Assembly (NCBI GenBank): GCA_964187785.1
Contig: OZ076409.1
Span: 76,882,001-76,946,000, forward strand
Reading direction: 5' to 3'
Source of the DNA: Amphiscolops sp. MND2022
Lineage: Eukaryota
Length of the DNA stretch: 64,000 nucleotides
Shown here: positions 11,341 through 24,009 of the stretch, piece after piece
How positions within the stretch are numbered: the stretch's first letter is position 1
Layout of the letters: each line of letters starts with the position of its first letter
Notes under the pieces: model-generated
The model's input: the letters and a program-made list of their open reading frames with translations, nothing else
What the model was told of the DNA's origin: nothing
The model's database searches: none
Translations under genes and position numbers: made by a program

Positions 11341-14300
11341 TTCCCCCCTTCACTATTGGCTGTCGACTGGCCAATGGGGTTTTGTGTAGCTTCTGTATGG
11401 CCGTGATTCCTCCAATGGTCCATATGTTTGTGGACGGATAACCGGTCCTCGCATTGGCTTTTGTCACAGTGTTCTTCTGTCCGTGACGTCTGTTTGTTGT
11501 CTGCTGTTGGGTTTAATTCTGGTTGCTTGTTTCCATATCTGTTTGGGTTTGGCCCGGTGTTTCTTCCGAGTTCAGCCTTTCTACGGTGGTTCCTGTAATC
11601 ATGACATATTGGGTTATTATATCTGATCATTGGGTTAGTTTTTGGTAATCTTTTCGATCTGCGTACTTTTTTTTCTTCGCGTTTAACATCTGTTTATAGT
11701 TCAGTACTTGAGCTCAGGTTGTTGGCAAAATCTAGATCAAGGCTATTCTCTTCCCCCTCGTTAGGGAATATGTTATCATTATTAAACGCCTTACCGTTTT
11801 CGTCTCTAATAAAAAGCTCTTCGTTGGCTTGTTTCGCGTCGCTGATGGCACGGTTGATTTCCGTGTCCGTCATGTTGGTTGTTATGGTGAGCGGGCCGGT
11901 GTTTTTGTTTGTGCCCCCCGGTATGCTGTGTGGTGAGCTTGACTCCGACCGTTCCCGTTTCTGTACTGGTTTGCCTCGGCTGAATGTACCCTTTTTGACC
12001 GTAGTGTTGTCTGTTTGGTCCGGCGTTGGCTCTGACTCGTTGTCTGACTCCAGTATATATGTCCTTCTTGTTTTGGATGGTGACTTCGTGAACCGGCCAT
12101 ATGGTCCTCTCGACCCGGTTCCTCTGTTGTTGTTGCAGTCCTGGTTAAAATTATTAAGTGGTTTACTAATACATTTTTTATGTATTATTCTTCCATTCGG
12201 TGTTGTCACCGTGTGTTTTGTTCCGGACACGGCTATGTTCGGTTTATCCATGTAGGCACTTTCGAATTTTGATTTTTGATGTTTTTTTTCTAAGAAAAGG
12301 AATGGGTAGTTACTAACTCCTTTATCGTTTTTCTTCGGCTTCATTGGTAGCTGGTCGGACACACCGCCGGCTCCACTGAATGAGTATACCTGTAAGGTAT
12401 CTGGTTTTGCTGAAATGGAATTTTCCGTTAGTTTCTTCAAACTATCTAAATTTAGTAGGTTACTAACTTCCGTGTTTGGGCTCCGACCGTAGTGTAATTC
12501 AAAAGCTGATTTTTTCAGTCTCGTGTGTGGTGTTTTACGCAATATTTCTAGAGCTATATCTAGAGCTTTTCCAAAACGTTCTCCGGCTTTTAAGTTTGTT
12601 AAGAGATTTTCTTTGAGTGTTCTGACTCCTCTCTCTACTAAGCCTGTTGGGGTATGAATATACGGTGTGCCGTATATTAATTTGATGTAATGTTTTTTTA
12701 CAAAAATCGCGGAAGAGACGTCCTGTGAAAGCGGTTGCTTTATCCGTTCTGATCGTTTTCGGTATCCCATTTAGTTGGATATACTGTTCGATAAATTTTA
12801 CCGCCGTTTCACCGTCCGTATTTTTGCAAAAACTGGCTGCCGGCCATTTACTAAATCAGTCTATGGATAGTAATATATAAAACCGGCGGTTATTTTCTGT
12901 AATCGGGCCAATGAAATCCAGTTGAATTTCCTCGTTCGGATTGTTTACCGGTGGTAGATTGTTTTTCTCCGTATACGGTATGTTAGGTTTAATGCTCTTA
13001 CCGGACATTTTGCATGGTATGCAGGAGTCGCACTTTTTCTGAATGGCTTCGGTTATCCGTGGCCACCAGAAGTGTCGGGCTGCTAGGGTCATCTTGTTGA
13101 TGGCCGGGTGTCCTTTGTGTAGCAGGCTTATAACCGTGGTGCGTAGATTCTTTGGGACCACGATTTTGTCTTCCATGAATACGAGGCCGAATCTGCTTGA
13201 CAATTTCTTTCTGACTAGTAGATATTCTTCGGGTATCAGCTCATGTTGCTGTCTTTCCAGACATACTAGTGTTTTCAGTAGGCAGGCGTCGTTCGTCGTC
13301 TCTGTCATAAGCAGCTGTAGATCGGTAGAAAAATTTTTTCTCCGTTTCTCGCACTGCTTGTTCCAAATCCCAGTCGTTTTGTTCTTCGGCGGTTATTTTT
13401 GGAGCGTGTCCCATCTTCACGTATTGGACGCTCTTTACTCCGACATAGCGTGCCCAATTTATTGCCGGTACTTCTAAGATTGATGGGTCTTGATCGGTGT
13501 CGGTTTCTATTTCGCCTTCCTCCATCGGTGCTGTCTGGATGTAAGTTTGTTGGGATGGTCCGGGTCTGTCGTGTTGGACTCGGGTGGGACGGTCCATGTC
13601 CCAGTATGGATCAACCGTCCATTGTTCGCTGTGTCTGGTGGGTGGTACAAAGCCTCCCATCTGTTTGGGGCTAATTCTTTGTCTAAGATCTGCCGTTTCG
13701 TGGTTTTTCATAATTTGTTGCAGTCTTTCTTCTATCACCTTTCTTTCATTGCGTAAGAATTTTGGTTCGTGATAGCGTTTCCATTTTCCCCCGGTTAATC
13801 GATAAATCCCGGGTTTAACGATTTCTCGCCAGCGGTTTGTCAATTCAATTGTTTCCGCGGTTGGATTTGCTGCTTCAATTTCGTTTATTGTATTTGCGTC
13901 CATTGTCAATTTGATGCTTTGGCAATGTTTTTGTTTGAAGCGTGTTAACGTGTCGGTGTTAAGGCAATCAATGGCAGTTCGTCTATGTGTGTCGCTGGTC
14001 CGTGGTTTGTTGTTTGCTTTGCGTTCACTTTTCTCCGTTCTGTTTTCTGATTGGTCAGTTTGGTTGCTAAGGCAACCATATTTGGAGATAAAGTTGTAGT
14101 GCGGTAATATGTTGTTGATTACGTATTCTTCATCGTATGCGTCATCTGTTTGCGGTGGTAGTATCGGATTTCTACTGAGATAATCCGTAAGTGCTAAATG
14201 TTTACCGGCTATATGGTGTACGTTAATATTGAAATGTGCTAATCGGTCCAGCCATCGTATTAAGCGTGCGCTGTATGTTTTATTGGACCGGTTCCGTTTG

Positions 14301-16950
14301 ATTAATGGTTCTAGTGCCTGATGATTGGTTAAAAGTTTGATCGGTTTTCCGTAAATGTATAAGTGGAAATGTTCTAAACCCCATACTACCGCCAATAATT
14401 CAAGTTCATTTATTGCGTTTTTCTTTTCGGTGTCTGAAAGGAAACGACTGGCGAAGCCGATCGGTTTTAGTTTCCCGTCCGGTTGTTCTTGCCATAGGGT
14501 AGCTCCCAAGCTTTTTGTGCTTGCGTCCGTTGTTATCACATTTGGGTAATCTGAGTTGTAGTGAGCCAAACACGGTATCTCCGTGATCTTTTGTTTTAAG
14601 TTTTCGAATGCTTGTGTGTGTTCTTCCGTCCATATCCATTCGTTCTTTTTTTTCAGTAACTGTCTCAAGCTGTCGGTTTGGGCGGAGAGGTTGTCGATAT
14701 ATTTTGACAAGTATTGAATGGCTCCCAGAAATGATTTTAGTTCTTTTTCATTTTTTGGTTGTTTTAGTTCTTTTATGGCTAACAACTTGTCTTGAAGTGG
14801 TCGGATACCGGCCTGGTCAATTTTGTGGCCTATCCATTCAATTTCCGTTTTGAAAAATTCGGACTTGTTTTCACTCAAGCGGTATCCGGCTTTTTCTAGT
14901 CTGCTTAGGACGTCAATCAATTCTTTTTTGTGTTCTTCGTTTGACCCTTTGGTTACGACGATGATGTCATCTAACCACGCTGGATGTTTGTTATCCAGTG
15001 TTTGGTCAATCTTCTCCTGAAAGACCGTTGGTATATCCGCTAGACCGTAGAAGCCCTTTAGGAAGCGGTAGTAACCGGTAAAATTTCCTCCGGTTACGGC
15101 AAATATACACAAGTTTCTAGCTTCTCTTGATAACAGTAGTTGTCCGTATGCGTAATCTAAATCGAATTTTGAGATCCATATCTCATCTGCTGGGCCATCT
15201 GCTATTTTTCTTGATATCCGTGAAATCAATTCCTCCATGTTAGGAATTTGTGCCTTTCTTTTCACGGTTATTTCATTCAATTTTCGCGAATCTAGGGCGA
15301 TTTTTATTGATTTGTCTTTCTTTACCGTGATCACGGCTGGACTTACGAAGCAGTTTTCGTCGATATTGTTGGCTTTTTCGATATGTCCTTGTTTTATTAG
15401 TTTTTCTATTTCCTTCCCCACCGATTGTTAAAGGTGAATCGGTATTGGTCTTCCTTTCTGTTGTATCAGTTTCGCGTCTTCTTTTAGTTGTATCTTTACT
15501 TCCAGTCCATTTACTGTATGGTTTTCGGTGAAAAGTTTCTTGAATTTCGTTTTCAATGATGTTATGTCTGGGTCTTCCTTTATTTGTTGTATTTGTGGGA
15601 CGGTTTTGTCCGTCTCCAGCGTTATTCCCAGCTTTTTCATCCAGTCTAGCCCCAGTAATGGGTTGGTTCTTTTAGTGGTCACTAGTATTTCCAGTTCTTT
15701 TTGTTTTCCGTCGATTTCCACTTTGGCTATCGTTTTTCCTTCAATTTGTATCCGGTTGTCATTTACATCCCTGTATTCCGTTTTTAGTGGGTGTAATTTT
15801 GTGATGTTGTTGAATAGTGATTTTGGTATTAATGTTACCGGTGATCCGCTGTCAATGATGAATTTGATTGGTCGGTTATTGACCAGTGCGGTGATTGTGA
15901 AGAAGTCCGGTCCGTTGCTGTTTATTGATCGTGTTGAATGGATCTTTTGTTTCACTGAATGGATTGTGTTCGGTGTCCAATCGTCTTCATTCGCGCTACT
16001 TGTCTCTTCCTCCATTATATGGTTCACTCTTTTATTTGTGCGGCAACATTTGGCGAAGTGGCCTATTTTTCCGCATTTTGCACTCTTCTTTCCTCTGGCT
16101 GGGCATTCATGTTGTCTTGACCAGTTTGGTGCTCCGCAACGGTTGCAATCGACTTTTTTGAATTTTGTCGGTTTTTCCGGTTGTTCTTTTGTTGGTTTTA
16201 TTTTACGTTTATTCAAGTAACGTATTTTCTTCTCTTCTTCTGTTTCGGGTGAGTCATTTAATTTGTCGTAAGTGTATTCTAGTATCGCGTCAGTTATTGC
16301 TTCTACCGACATGTCACTCTTTCTGATTTTTTTCTTTAGGTCGTAGTCTCCGGTTGTTTTTCCGATGACTGACAAGAATTTTGATGCTAGAAGTTCTGCC
16401 GCGGTTATTGTTTCAAATTCGCAGTTTTTTTCAATTTCTAGTATTCGTTTCCACACGTCTGCTGCGGATTCACCGTCTTCTCGTTTTAGGTCGAAGAAAA
16501 CGGCTCTACTATGTTGTACGTTCCTTTCCGGTGTGAAGTGTAGTCGGAAAAGTGTGTAAAGTTTATACAATGGTAGTGAGCTCGGTTCTCTTTCTCTGAT
16601 TGTTTTTGTCATTTCCGTGATAGCATTCTGTCCAATTGCCCAGATGAAAATATCTTTAATTTCCGTTTCGAGTTGGTCACGGTATTGTGTCAGTATCTCT
16701 TTGTTGTTTGTCATGATTGATAGGTCAATTTCTTTCGTCATTTTTATGTATTGGACGAATTTTCTCCACCACAAGTTTGCACTGGTGTGGTCGTGTTTCT
16801 CCAATGTGGAATGGTCAATTTCTGAGTGCAGGTCCGGTCAGCCGTCCTGTTCATTGTATCGTTCGGCAGTGTTTGGTTCTTTTGCCGTGTACCCGATGAA
16901 GACAGTATGTTGTTTCCATCTCTTGGGTTTTCTTCCGTGTTTTCATCCAT
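11304..16950 (-). pseudogene. Disrupted gag-pol polyprotein of element 1
   Basis: Zinc knuckles (CNRC...HEC; second knuckle damaged), protease IDSGS, RT WLDD, RNase H TDAS/ELE, integrase HHCC and QLDF/RTD/VER. Broken by in-frame stops at 15428, 12856 and 11694 and frameshifts near 16810-16850, 13335 and 12695. Confidence 0.92.
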
Positions 16951-17000
16951 ATCTTCTTTCTGGATGTTTTGTTTTTGTGTTATTTAGCTTTTAGTTCTAA

Positions 17001-17013
17001 GCTGACTGCGCCA
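17001..17013 (-). other. Primer-binding site TGGCGCAGTCAGC (tRNA-Ser type) of element 1
   Basis: Abuts the 5' LTR; complementary to a tRNA 3' end ...GCUGACUGCG-CCA, typical of eukaryotic tRNA-Ser; identical to the element 2 PBS. Confidence 0.8.
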
Positions 17014-17204
17014 TGTTGTAACTCTCTTCTATAACTGTGAGTAGCATTGACAATTCAAACTTTATTCTATCTTGTTCTGAGACTTTATGATAGTTCATCA
17101 TCTGCATACAATAGGCAGGTACTTGATAAAAAGAACAACAGTATATAATCATATAAATACAGACTAATTAACATGTAAGTAAAGAGTCTGAGTCTTCTAC
17201 TACA
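17014..17204 (-). repeat. 5' LTR of element 1
   Basis: TG...CA termini; direct repeat of 11150-11340. Confidence 0.95.
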
Positions 17205-17830
17205 AAATAACATCGTCTTAATTCACCCCGCTTGAATTCTGCGCATTTCTGCTATCATATTGGTCAATTCCATGTCGTAATTTCACAATAATGAGTCAAA
17301 ATTGCCGGAAAGATCGCAATTGAACGTGAACGCGATTGAAAGAGCAGTTGAAACTGACAAAACTCGTGGACGGAATACTGATTCCGATTACTTGGCCACT
17401 GTAAAGTGAAGCACCATTGTATTCTGTTCATTGGTTTTGTCATTCTTGTTGAATTTCATAAATCTGAATAAAATCAGCCATTGCCTAAATGCACACTTTT
17501 TCATAACCCCGTAGTCGTGATATTAGGTAGATTGTACTGTACAACAGAGGAGGCCGTCTGAAGTTCCGTAAAAGGACTTCTTTTCGAACAATGACCCTTA
17601 GGTGCTCAATGTATCCGAGTCCTTTACTATGCAGATCTGTATCTGAAACAGATTAGAATGGACACCGAACAATTGGAAGATGAATCAAACCTTGCGGTCA
17701 AACTTACTTAAGTGTAAAAACTATTCAATGTGCTGTTGCAACAAAAAGTAAACTACAATTATATAAAACAAGTTTGACTGCAACTACATTGGTCGAAACT
17801 TGAAATACTCTAAACAACCCAATTATTTTT

Positions 17831-20191
17831 TTGTTTAACGAGAACCAAACAATGACGCTATCAAACAATCTAATCTTAGGACTAAATATCCAGTGCTTAA
17901 GGTACCATAAAGATGAACTACAAATCTTTTTGAAAAGTTTACCGAGTCTACCACAAATTTTAGCTTTTGCTGAAACATGGGTTTCGGAAGAGGATGACCT
18001 CTATGATTACAATATTGATGGTTATCAGCCAATAGAATCAAAGCATAGACATAACGTCAAACGGAGGTCGGGCGGAGTTGCTATTTATGAGAAAAACGGT
18101 ATCGAGTTCAGCCCTATTGCGTTTGACACAGACATAGAATGCAAAATTTTGGAAATAAAATTCAGTGATGACGATGTGAAGCTAGTTTGCGTTGTCTATA
18201 GACCAGAGACAATGAGATTGACCCAATTTTTCCCGAAATTTGAACACGTTTTGCATTTCATCAACTCTTTCATTCATGAATCGATAATTTTTGGGGATTT
18301 CAATATTGATACCCTAAAAACCGACTGTGATCATGAAAACTATGTATCATTGTTAAATGCTTATGATTTCAAGCTCAGAAACTTTGAACCAACGCGAGTC
18401 ACACCTAAGTCTAGAACTTGTATTGATCATATGATATCACAGAATGACATTCTGACAGAAACAGTCAAGACAACAATTAGTGACCACTACAGCGTGCTAG
18501 CAAAATTTCCGAAGACTGGAAGGCGTGAAAAAACCAGGGAACAACAATTCGTGAGAAATCTGAAAACAATTAAAGGGGATGGAGCTTTGAAATTTCTTTT
18601 TCTCCTCGATCAAAAGCTTAAGAGAATATCGTTGGACTCCCCCGTTGATGACCTCATTGTTCAAATGTCTGAAGCAATAATGGAATGCATCGATAAGTTC
18701 GCTCCGAAACAACCGATTTTGCATAATAGTGATAATCAGTGGATAACAAATTCGATAAAAAATGCATTGCTTAAACGAGACCAATTGTATCAGAAGTGGA
18801 TTGACAATCCGTGTGATGACTATAGAAAGAAATACAAATCCTATCGTAATAAAGTCACGCATATGATACGCGAAGCTAAAAGAATTGATAATTTCAAAAA
18901 ACTAGGTAAAAATCCGGATTCCAAAACCATTTACAAAACATTAGGCATAAAGAAACGGCAACAACAAGTTTCAAATCTTCATGACCTTGATGTGATAAAT
19001 GAATATTTTGCAAATATTGGCTCGAAGTTATCATCTAAATTACCTGAAATCCAAATTAAAACGGATATTGACAGGTTAGAAAAAACAATGGTTGTTCATC
19101 AAACAAATGCTTCAGAGGTAACTAAGATAATACGCGAAATGAAGTGCAAAAAAAGTTATGGTGAAGATGGCATCACCAACGAAATAATCAAATGCTGTTC
19201 TCCCATTGTTGAAAATTTTATTGCAATTGCTTTTAATAAATGCATCCAAGAAAAAACATATCCGAAGTGTTTCAAAACTGCAAAAGTTATTCCTCTACAC
19301 AAAAAAGGCGATAAAACAGATCCATCCAATTACCGACCAATTAGTCTTTTGAGTTCATTAGGAAAAATTTTCGAGAAACTTTTGCACAAACGTATGGTCA
19401 AATTCTGCAAAAAAGAGAATATATTAACACATTCAATATGGTTTCAGAGAGAAAAGATCATGCATTGACGCTATTAACTCTGTGACAGAATTCATGAGAA
19501 ATGAAATTGAGGCAAAAAACAAAGGACAAGCTTGCTTTATTGACTTACAGAAAGCGTTTGATACACTTGACCATGAAATTCTAATGTTCAAATTGGAGAA
19601 ATATGGCTTCAGAGGAACAATTTTAGAAATACTCCGAGAGTATCTCAGTGACCGGTACCAATTTGTTTGTGAAAATGGAAATCATTCCAAAAAACTCTGT
19701 GTTGAAACTGGCGTTCCCCAGGGCAGTGTACTAGGCCCCTTCCTTTTCCTCCTTTACATCAATGATCTACAAAAAGTTGTGAAGGACAGCCAAATAGTGA
19801 TGTTTGCAGATGATACAACTATTGTGAAATCTGGAAAACATACTGACCGGAAACTCAACGAAGATCTACATAGAATCACTGATTGGTTCACAGCTAGTAA
19901 ACTTACAGTTAATATAGATAAATGCGAAGCAATATCATTTGGCAGCGGATTGCCAGAAAAAATAATTATTTTAAATGAAGAACTATGTTACAAATCTTCA
20001 TGTAAATACTTAGGTCTACATCTAGATGGAAGTCTCAAATTCAGGGAACACATCAATTACGTTGTGAAGAAACTCAATAAATTTTGTGGTTTAATTTACT
20101 GTGTCAGAGACTTGTATCCGAGAAAATGTCTTCTCATGTTCTATAATTCGTTTGCCAGGTCAATAATTTCCTACGGTATCTTAGTGTATGG
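17831..20191 (+). mobile_element. Non-LTR retrotransposon ORF2 (APE endonuclease + RT), CR1/L2 group; one frameshift, 3'-truncated
   Basis: APE motifs LNIQ, AETW, VYRP, GDFNID, CIDH, SDH; RT motifs NYRPISLL, QYGFR (frameshift at ~19430), DLQKAFD, GVPQGSVLGP, FADD, KYLG. Similarity stops abruptly after YGILVYG. Confidence 0.92.
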
Positions 20192-20393
20192 CTTACTTAC
20201 TTACTATGCTGATTACTAAGATTTTCTTAGATTACTTTGCAGCGTCATTAGTAAGGTTTACGTAACAAAGTGTTTGGCAAAGAAGAATTCAAGAAAAAAG
20301 ATCCACCATTTTGGTGTTTTCAATCAAATGAAGCATTACAGTACTGCTAATATAGTTTGCGTTTTGAACAGAATAAACAATCATATCCACTAA

Positions 20394-20868
20394 TTATTAT
20401 TTTCCGCCCATATTTCATATGGGAAAGGAAAATATTTAAATCAAACGGGTTTTTTTTTTTTTACAAAATTTGCCAAGATTTTATTTATATTTAAATTTAA
20501 GGGTGTTACCCATAGAATTCAACCCACATAAATTTAGCTTCGTGCGATATGTATTTGTAGAGATTTTTGAAGTTTTTTTAAAAAATGACGAAAATGACCC
20601 CTTAATGACAAAATGACCCCTTAATGACAAAATGACCCCGAAAATGACAAAAATTCCCAAATTTCTCATTTTTAAACATTTTTATGCAATTTTTGCCATT
20701 TTTTGAGACACCGCGAATTAGAAAAATGGACAAGATGAATCGAAGCTTTCTTTTCTTCGAACTTCTCAGCGTTTTTATAGTGCATTAGTTATTCTTGAGC
20801 CTCAAATTTATGTAGTTGTAGAACAGTTCGGGGCGGAAAATATCCCGCTCCTCAGCGGGCGTCTTGTT
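20394..20868 (+). mobile_element. DINE-1/Helentron-like element, family A, short copy (~475 bp)
   Basis: 5' TTATTTTCCGCCCATAT..ATATGGG..GGAAAAT hairpin; 3' subTIR GGGCGGAAAATA plus stem-loop CCCGCT-cctc-AGCGGG and CGTCTTGTT; no TSD. Confidence 0.75.
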
Positions 20869-21866
20869 TGGAAAACTTTGTTTGAAACAAGTATGGTAAA
20901 TTTGAAGAATTCGCTTTTTCAAGCAGTTATTTCGTTACCAAAAAGAGGTGGAAATGGTACTCATATATTTAAGCTTGATCATTCAATTCTGGATTATCGG
21001 TGAAGTTGGTAACTATGGCGCTGTTGCTTCACAGGTTGAAAATATAGACATTTTCAAGGTTCATGTTGATAACAACTTTGGGGTTTTCGGGCGCCGCAGC
21101 GATGTATTTTTCTTTAACGTCAAAAAGCCTTTTATGAGCGATTTGCGCTGCTGGGCCCAGGAAATTCTGTCCATTTAGCCCAGGAAGCATCCGAATTGTA
21201 ATCCGCGGTGCCTTGAGAAAGCTATATTGTCTTTGATGGATATGAATCAGGTTAATTTGCTGATTACCCTATAAAATTGTTCACTGACAATGCTAGTATC
21301 GTGTTCTACAATTAGAAATATGTTTGTGATGTAAAATCTTTTGTTCGAAAGCTCTGCTGCTGACGTAAGCGAGTCAAAAGTTAGAACATTTTTTCCCTCA
21401 GACAACATTGTGAGTACCACAATGATGTTTTTACATTAACAATCGGGGGGCAGGCATTAATTGGAAGGATAGTATCATGTCAAAAAGTCGTGAAGAGGTC
21501 TGTAGGTTCAATTAATTCGAAAAGTCTCTTTTTGATGTTTCATGTGAGTATTCACAATGTTTTTTTTCAAGCAATTTGAAACACTTGTGAGAAAAAATGC
21601 AAAATATTGTTGCAAAATCCTTTCATTTATGGCACTTTTTAGACGATCTTGCAAGGAAATGTGTTCCCTGGAAGAGTCTTACAAAGAAATGTAATATGTA
21701 CAAGTTTTTCCAAGGAAACAGTTCCTTCGTAGATTTTTCAAAGGAATTAATTTGCAACAAAGCCATTTTGAACAAGATTTTGAAAAAGTCTTTCAAGGAA
21801 TCCACGAAAAATGCATTACCTTCCAAGATCTCGAAGGATTCTAGCAAGATCCTTGCAAGGAAACTG

Positions 21867-22316
21867 TTTTTAATCGGCGCTTCATAGTGAAACGCGACTA
21901 TTATAGTAACTCTTTTTTTTCAATCCACACGAACTGACCAAAATAGTTCTACAAAGTTCTACAAAATTTCATGGTGTCAAATAGAACCATTTACCCTTGC
22001 GAACTGAACCAAAAAGGCTTTTCATGTTTTTCCGCGTAACATACAGTACCGGGCGAGACTAAAGGGTCCCGCTTTTCAGTTTTTTTGGCAATGTGGGACT
22101 TTTTTTCGAAAACAAAATTCCTCAAAGAGTCCCTTCAATTTTTTTGATGTTTGGTGACAGTGTGGGTGTTTGAAATTCCCAAAGGGTCAATTGGCTCCAG
22201 TTCGCTCCAACTTTTGGGTTTTTCAAGTACTGTAAAAGAATACTTGACACGTAGCAGTCCTTTTGCTATTTTTGAGCCTTAGATATGGCGCCGACTTATG
22301 CCGTTCCCGGCTGGTT
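21867..22316 (+). mobile_element. Family-B DINE-1/Helentron-like element
   Basis: 5' TTTTTAATCGGCGC...CGCGACTA; 3' GATATGGCGCCGACTTATGCCGTTCCCGGCTGGTT. Confidence 0.65.
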
Positions 22317-22733
22317 TTTTCTCAACATGAGTAATCCCAACAACTAGTTTTTTGAGAACGTGAATTTAATTCTCATTGATGTTTTTTTACTCCTTTTGAA
22401 TTGACTTTCTGGACTTTCTAAGTTCAGTCTTGTGCGCACTGATTTTTTTGTAGTGCTTCCAAAAGTGAACAAGTTTCAGATACATTTTGGCGAATTGTAA
22501 TCAATGTGTTTGAGACATTGCTAGTTATTGTCTCTGCCCACTGCCCATTCTAACGAAATAATCTTTCAATAGATTTTAAGGTAATAGTTGAACAAGCGTG
22601 TTCATAAAATTCCGTTTGCAAATTTTCAATTAGGTTATGATTCCAATGGGCCTTTTCCATAAAATCTTGACTGAGAAATATTCTTTCAAAAAATTTTATG
22701 ACTGTGGTAGTATGCAATATGCAAAAGAGCAGT

Positions 22734-23062
22734 GGTACTCCTGACTAAGTGTAGTCCCAAGCGATTTCTCCTTACTAAAAATGGTCCCTATTTTATAAGT
22801 GTGGTCCCTTCATATTTTGTCGGAATTATTATTATAACGTCGTCAGCTATGTTCTCATACCCCTAGGGCCCTAAATGCAGGAGCGAAGCGAAGCGGAGCG
22901 ACGTGCCATATGTCCATGCCTCAATGTTGCTACTTGGCGAAGGGAGCGAAACGACCGAACCATACAACAAATTTGCTAACCTCTTCTAGGGACGACATTT
23001 AGTCAAGAGTTTTCAGGCCGGCTGCATAAGTTTTGTAGGGACCACTCTTAGTCAGGAGTACT
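22734..23062. mobile_element. MITE with 25-bp TIRs and 8-bp TSD (Merlin-like)
   Basis: TIR GGTACTCCTGACTAAGTGTAGTCCC matches the reverse complement of the right end at 22/25; TSD AGAGCAGT at 22726-22733 and 23063-23070. Superfamily inferred from GG terminus and 8-bp TSD. Confidence 0.8.
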
Positions 23063-24009
23063 AGAGCAGTTAGTCAAGTTGAATATGTACCTGCCAATTG
23101 AACAAAGTGTCCAGAGAAAATATAGCAGACCACCATTAAGGTTGGTCTCCGCCACTGAGAAACAGTTGTACTTTCACACGCTTTCTTTTACACTAAGCCG
23201 GTAGCTATAACAATGGCGTCCACTTACGTGATGTTTTGCAATCAATCAACCGGAATACTATATGCAGTATAGCACTAGAAAGATATCACAGAAGGTGTTC
23301 GCTTTAAAAAGCATTTTCATACATTCAACACGAAAGTGCCAAAACCAAAATACTAAAAGACCAATCTAACATCACTTGTATTTTCAGTTTGTATTTACCA
23401 TTGTACACGTTTAGGCCATTCACGAGAGCATTCACTTTTTTCGGCACTTTTTAGCAAAATTATATGTTGTCAGCGGGTCCTTCTTTGGTCATTTAATTTT
23501 TTCAGTTAGGACAAAGCATTTTTTGCTCCATAATAGTCTCACCTTTGGACACTTTTGGGATTTATGGGAATTTTTAATAACTGTCCCGGAGCATGTTCAG
23601 GAGTCTTAGTTTTTTATGAGCTTGAAGCGCGTCGCCGACTTTGACCGATTCCGTCTGTCAGACTGCCTATCCCTCACTTACCGTTTGGCGATTACCAGTA
23701 CGTACGAATAGTAGTTACTTAGATTTAGACTTAGTTAAAGTGCGATTACAAAGAACAGCTTTGAGATTAATCAGTGTACATTTACGAAACTTTGTTTTCA
23801 CTAATGTGAGAAGTTTTGAAATTCATATTGCTGCTTTGTGATTGTTAACCAAAAATATTCTTTAAAATGTGTTTCATGTCAGGTTTTGGTAATTTCAGGA
23901 AAACCGAAACTTTGCAACCTTTGCTAGCATTCTAAAATATTTCACTTCAGATTTTATGAAAAGGAGTTTTTCTCACCAGCATTATTCTGAATTTCATGTA
24001 TGAATTCCA

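Larger units (their letters stand above)
11150..17204 (-). mobile_element. Full-length Ty3/Gypsy LTR retrotransposon (Mag-like), element 1, defective
   Basis: 191-bp LTRs at 11150-11340 and 17014-17204; 5-bp TSD AAATA (11145-11149, 17205-17209); PBS and PPT; gag-PR-RT-RNaseH-IN order. Confidence 0.96.

Noticed and set aside
11719..16994. Numerous plus-strand ORFs (e.g. 15528-16220, 230 aa)
   Set aside because: Antisense shadows of gag-pol; no independent motifs.
21030..21269. Possible minus-strand exon (GNQQINLIHIHQRQYSFLKAPRITIRMLPG...)
   Set aside because: Open for ~78 codons after a TTTTATAG acceptor, but no homology recognised and no partner exons.
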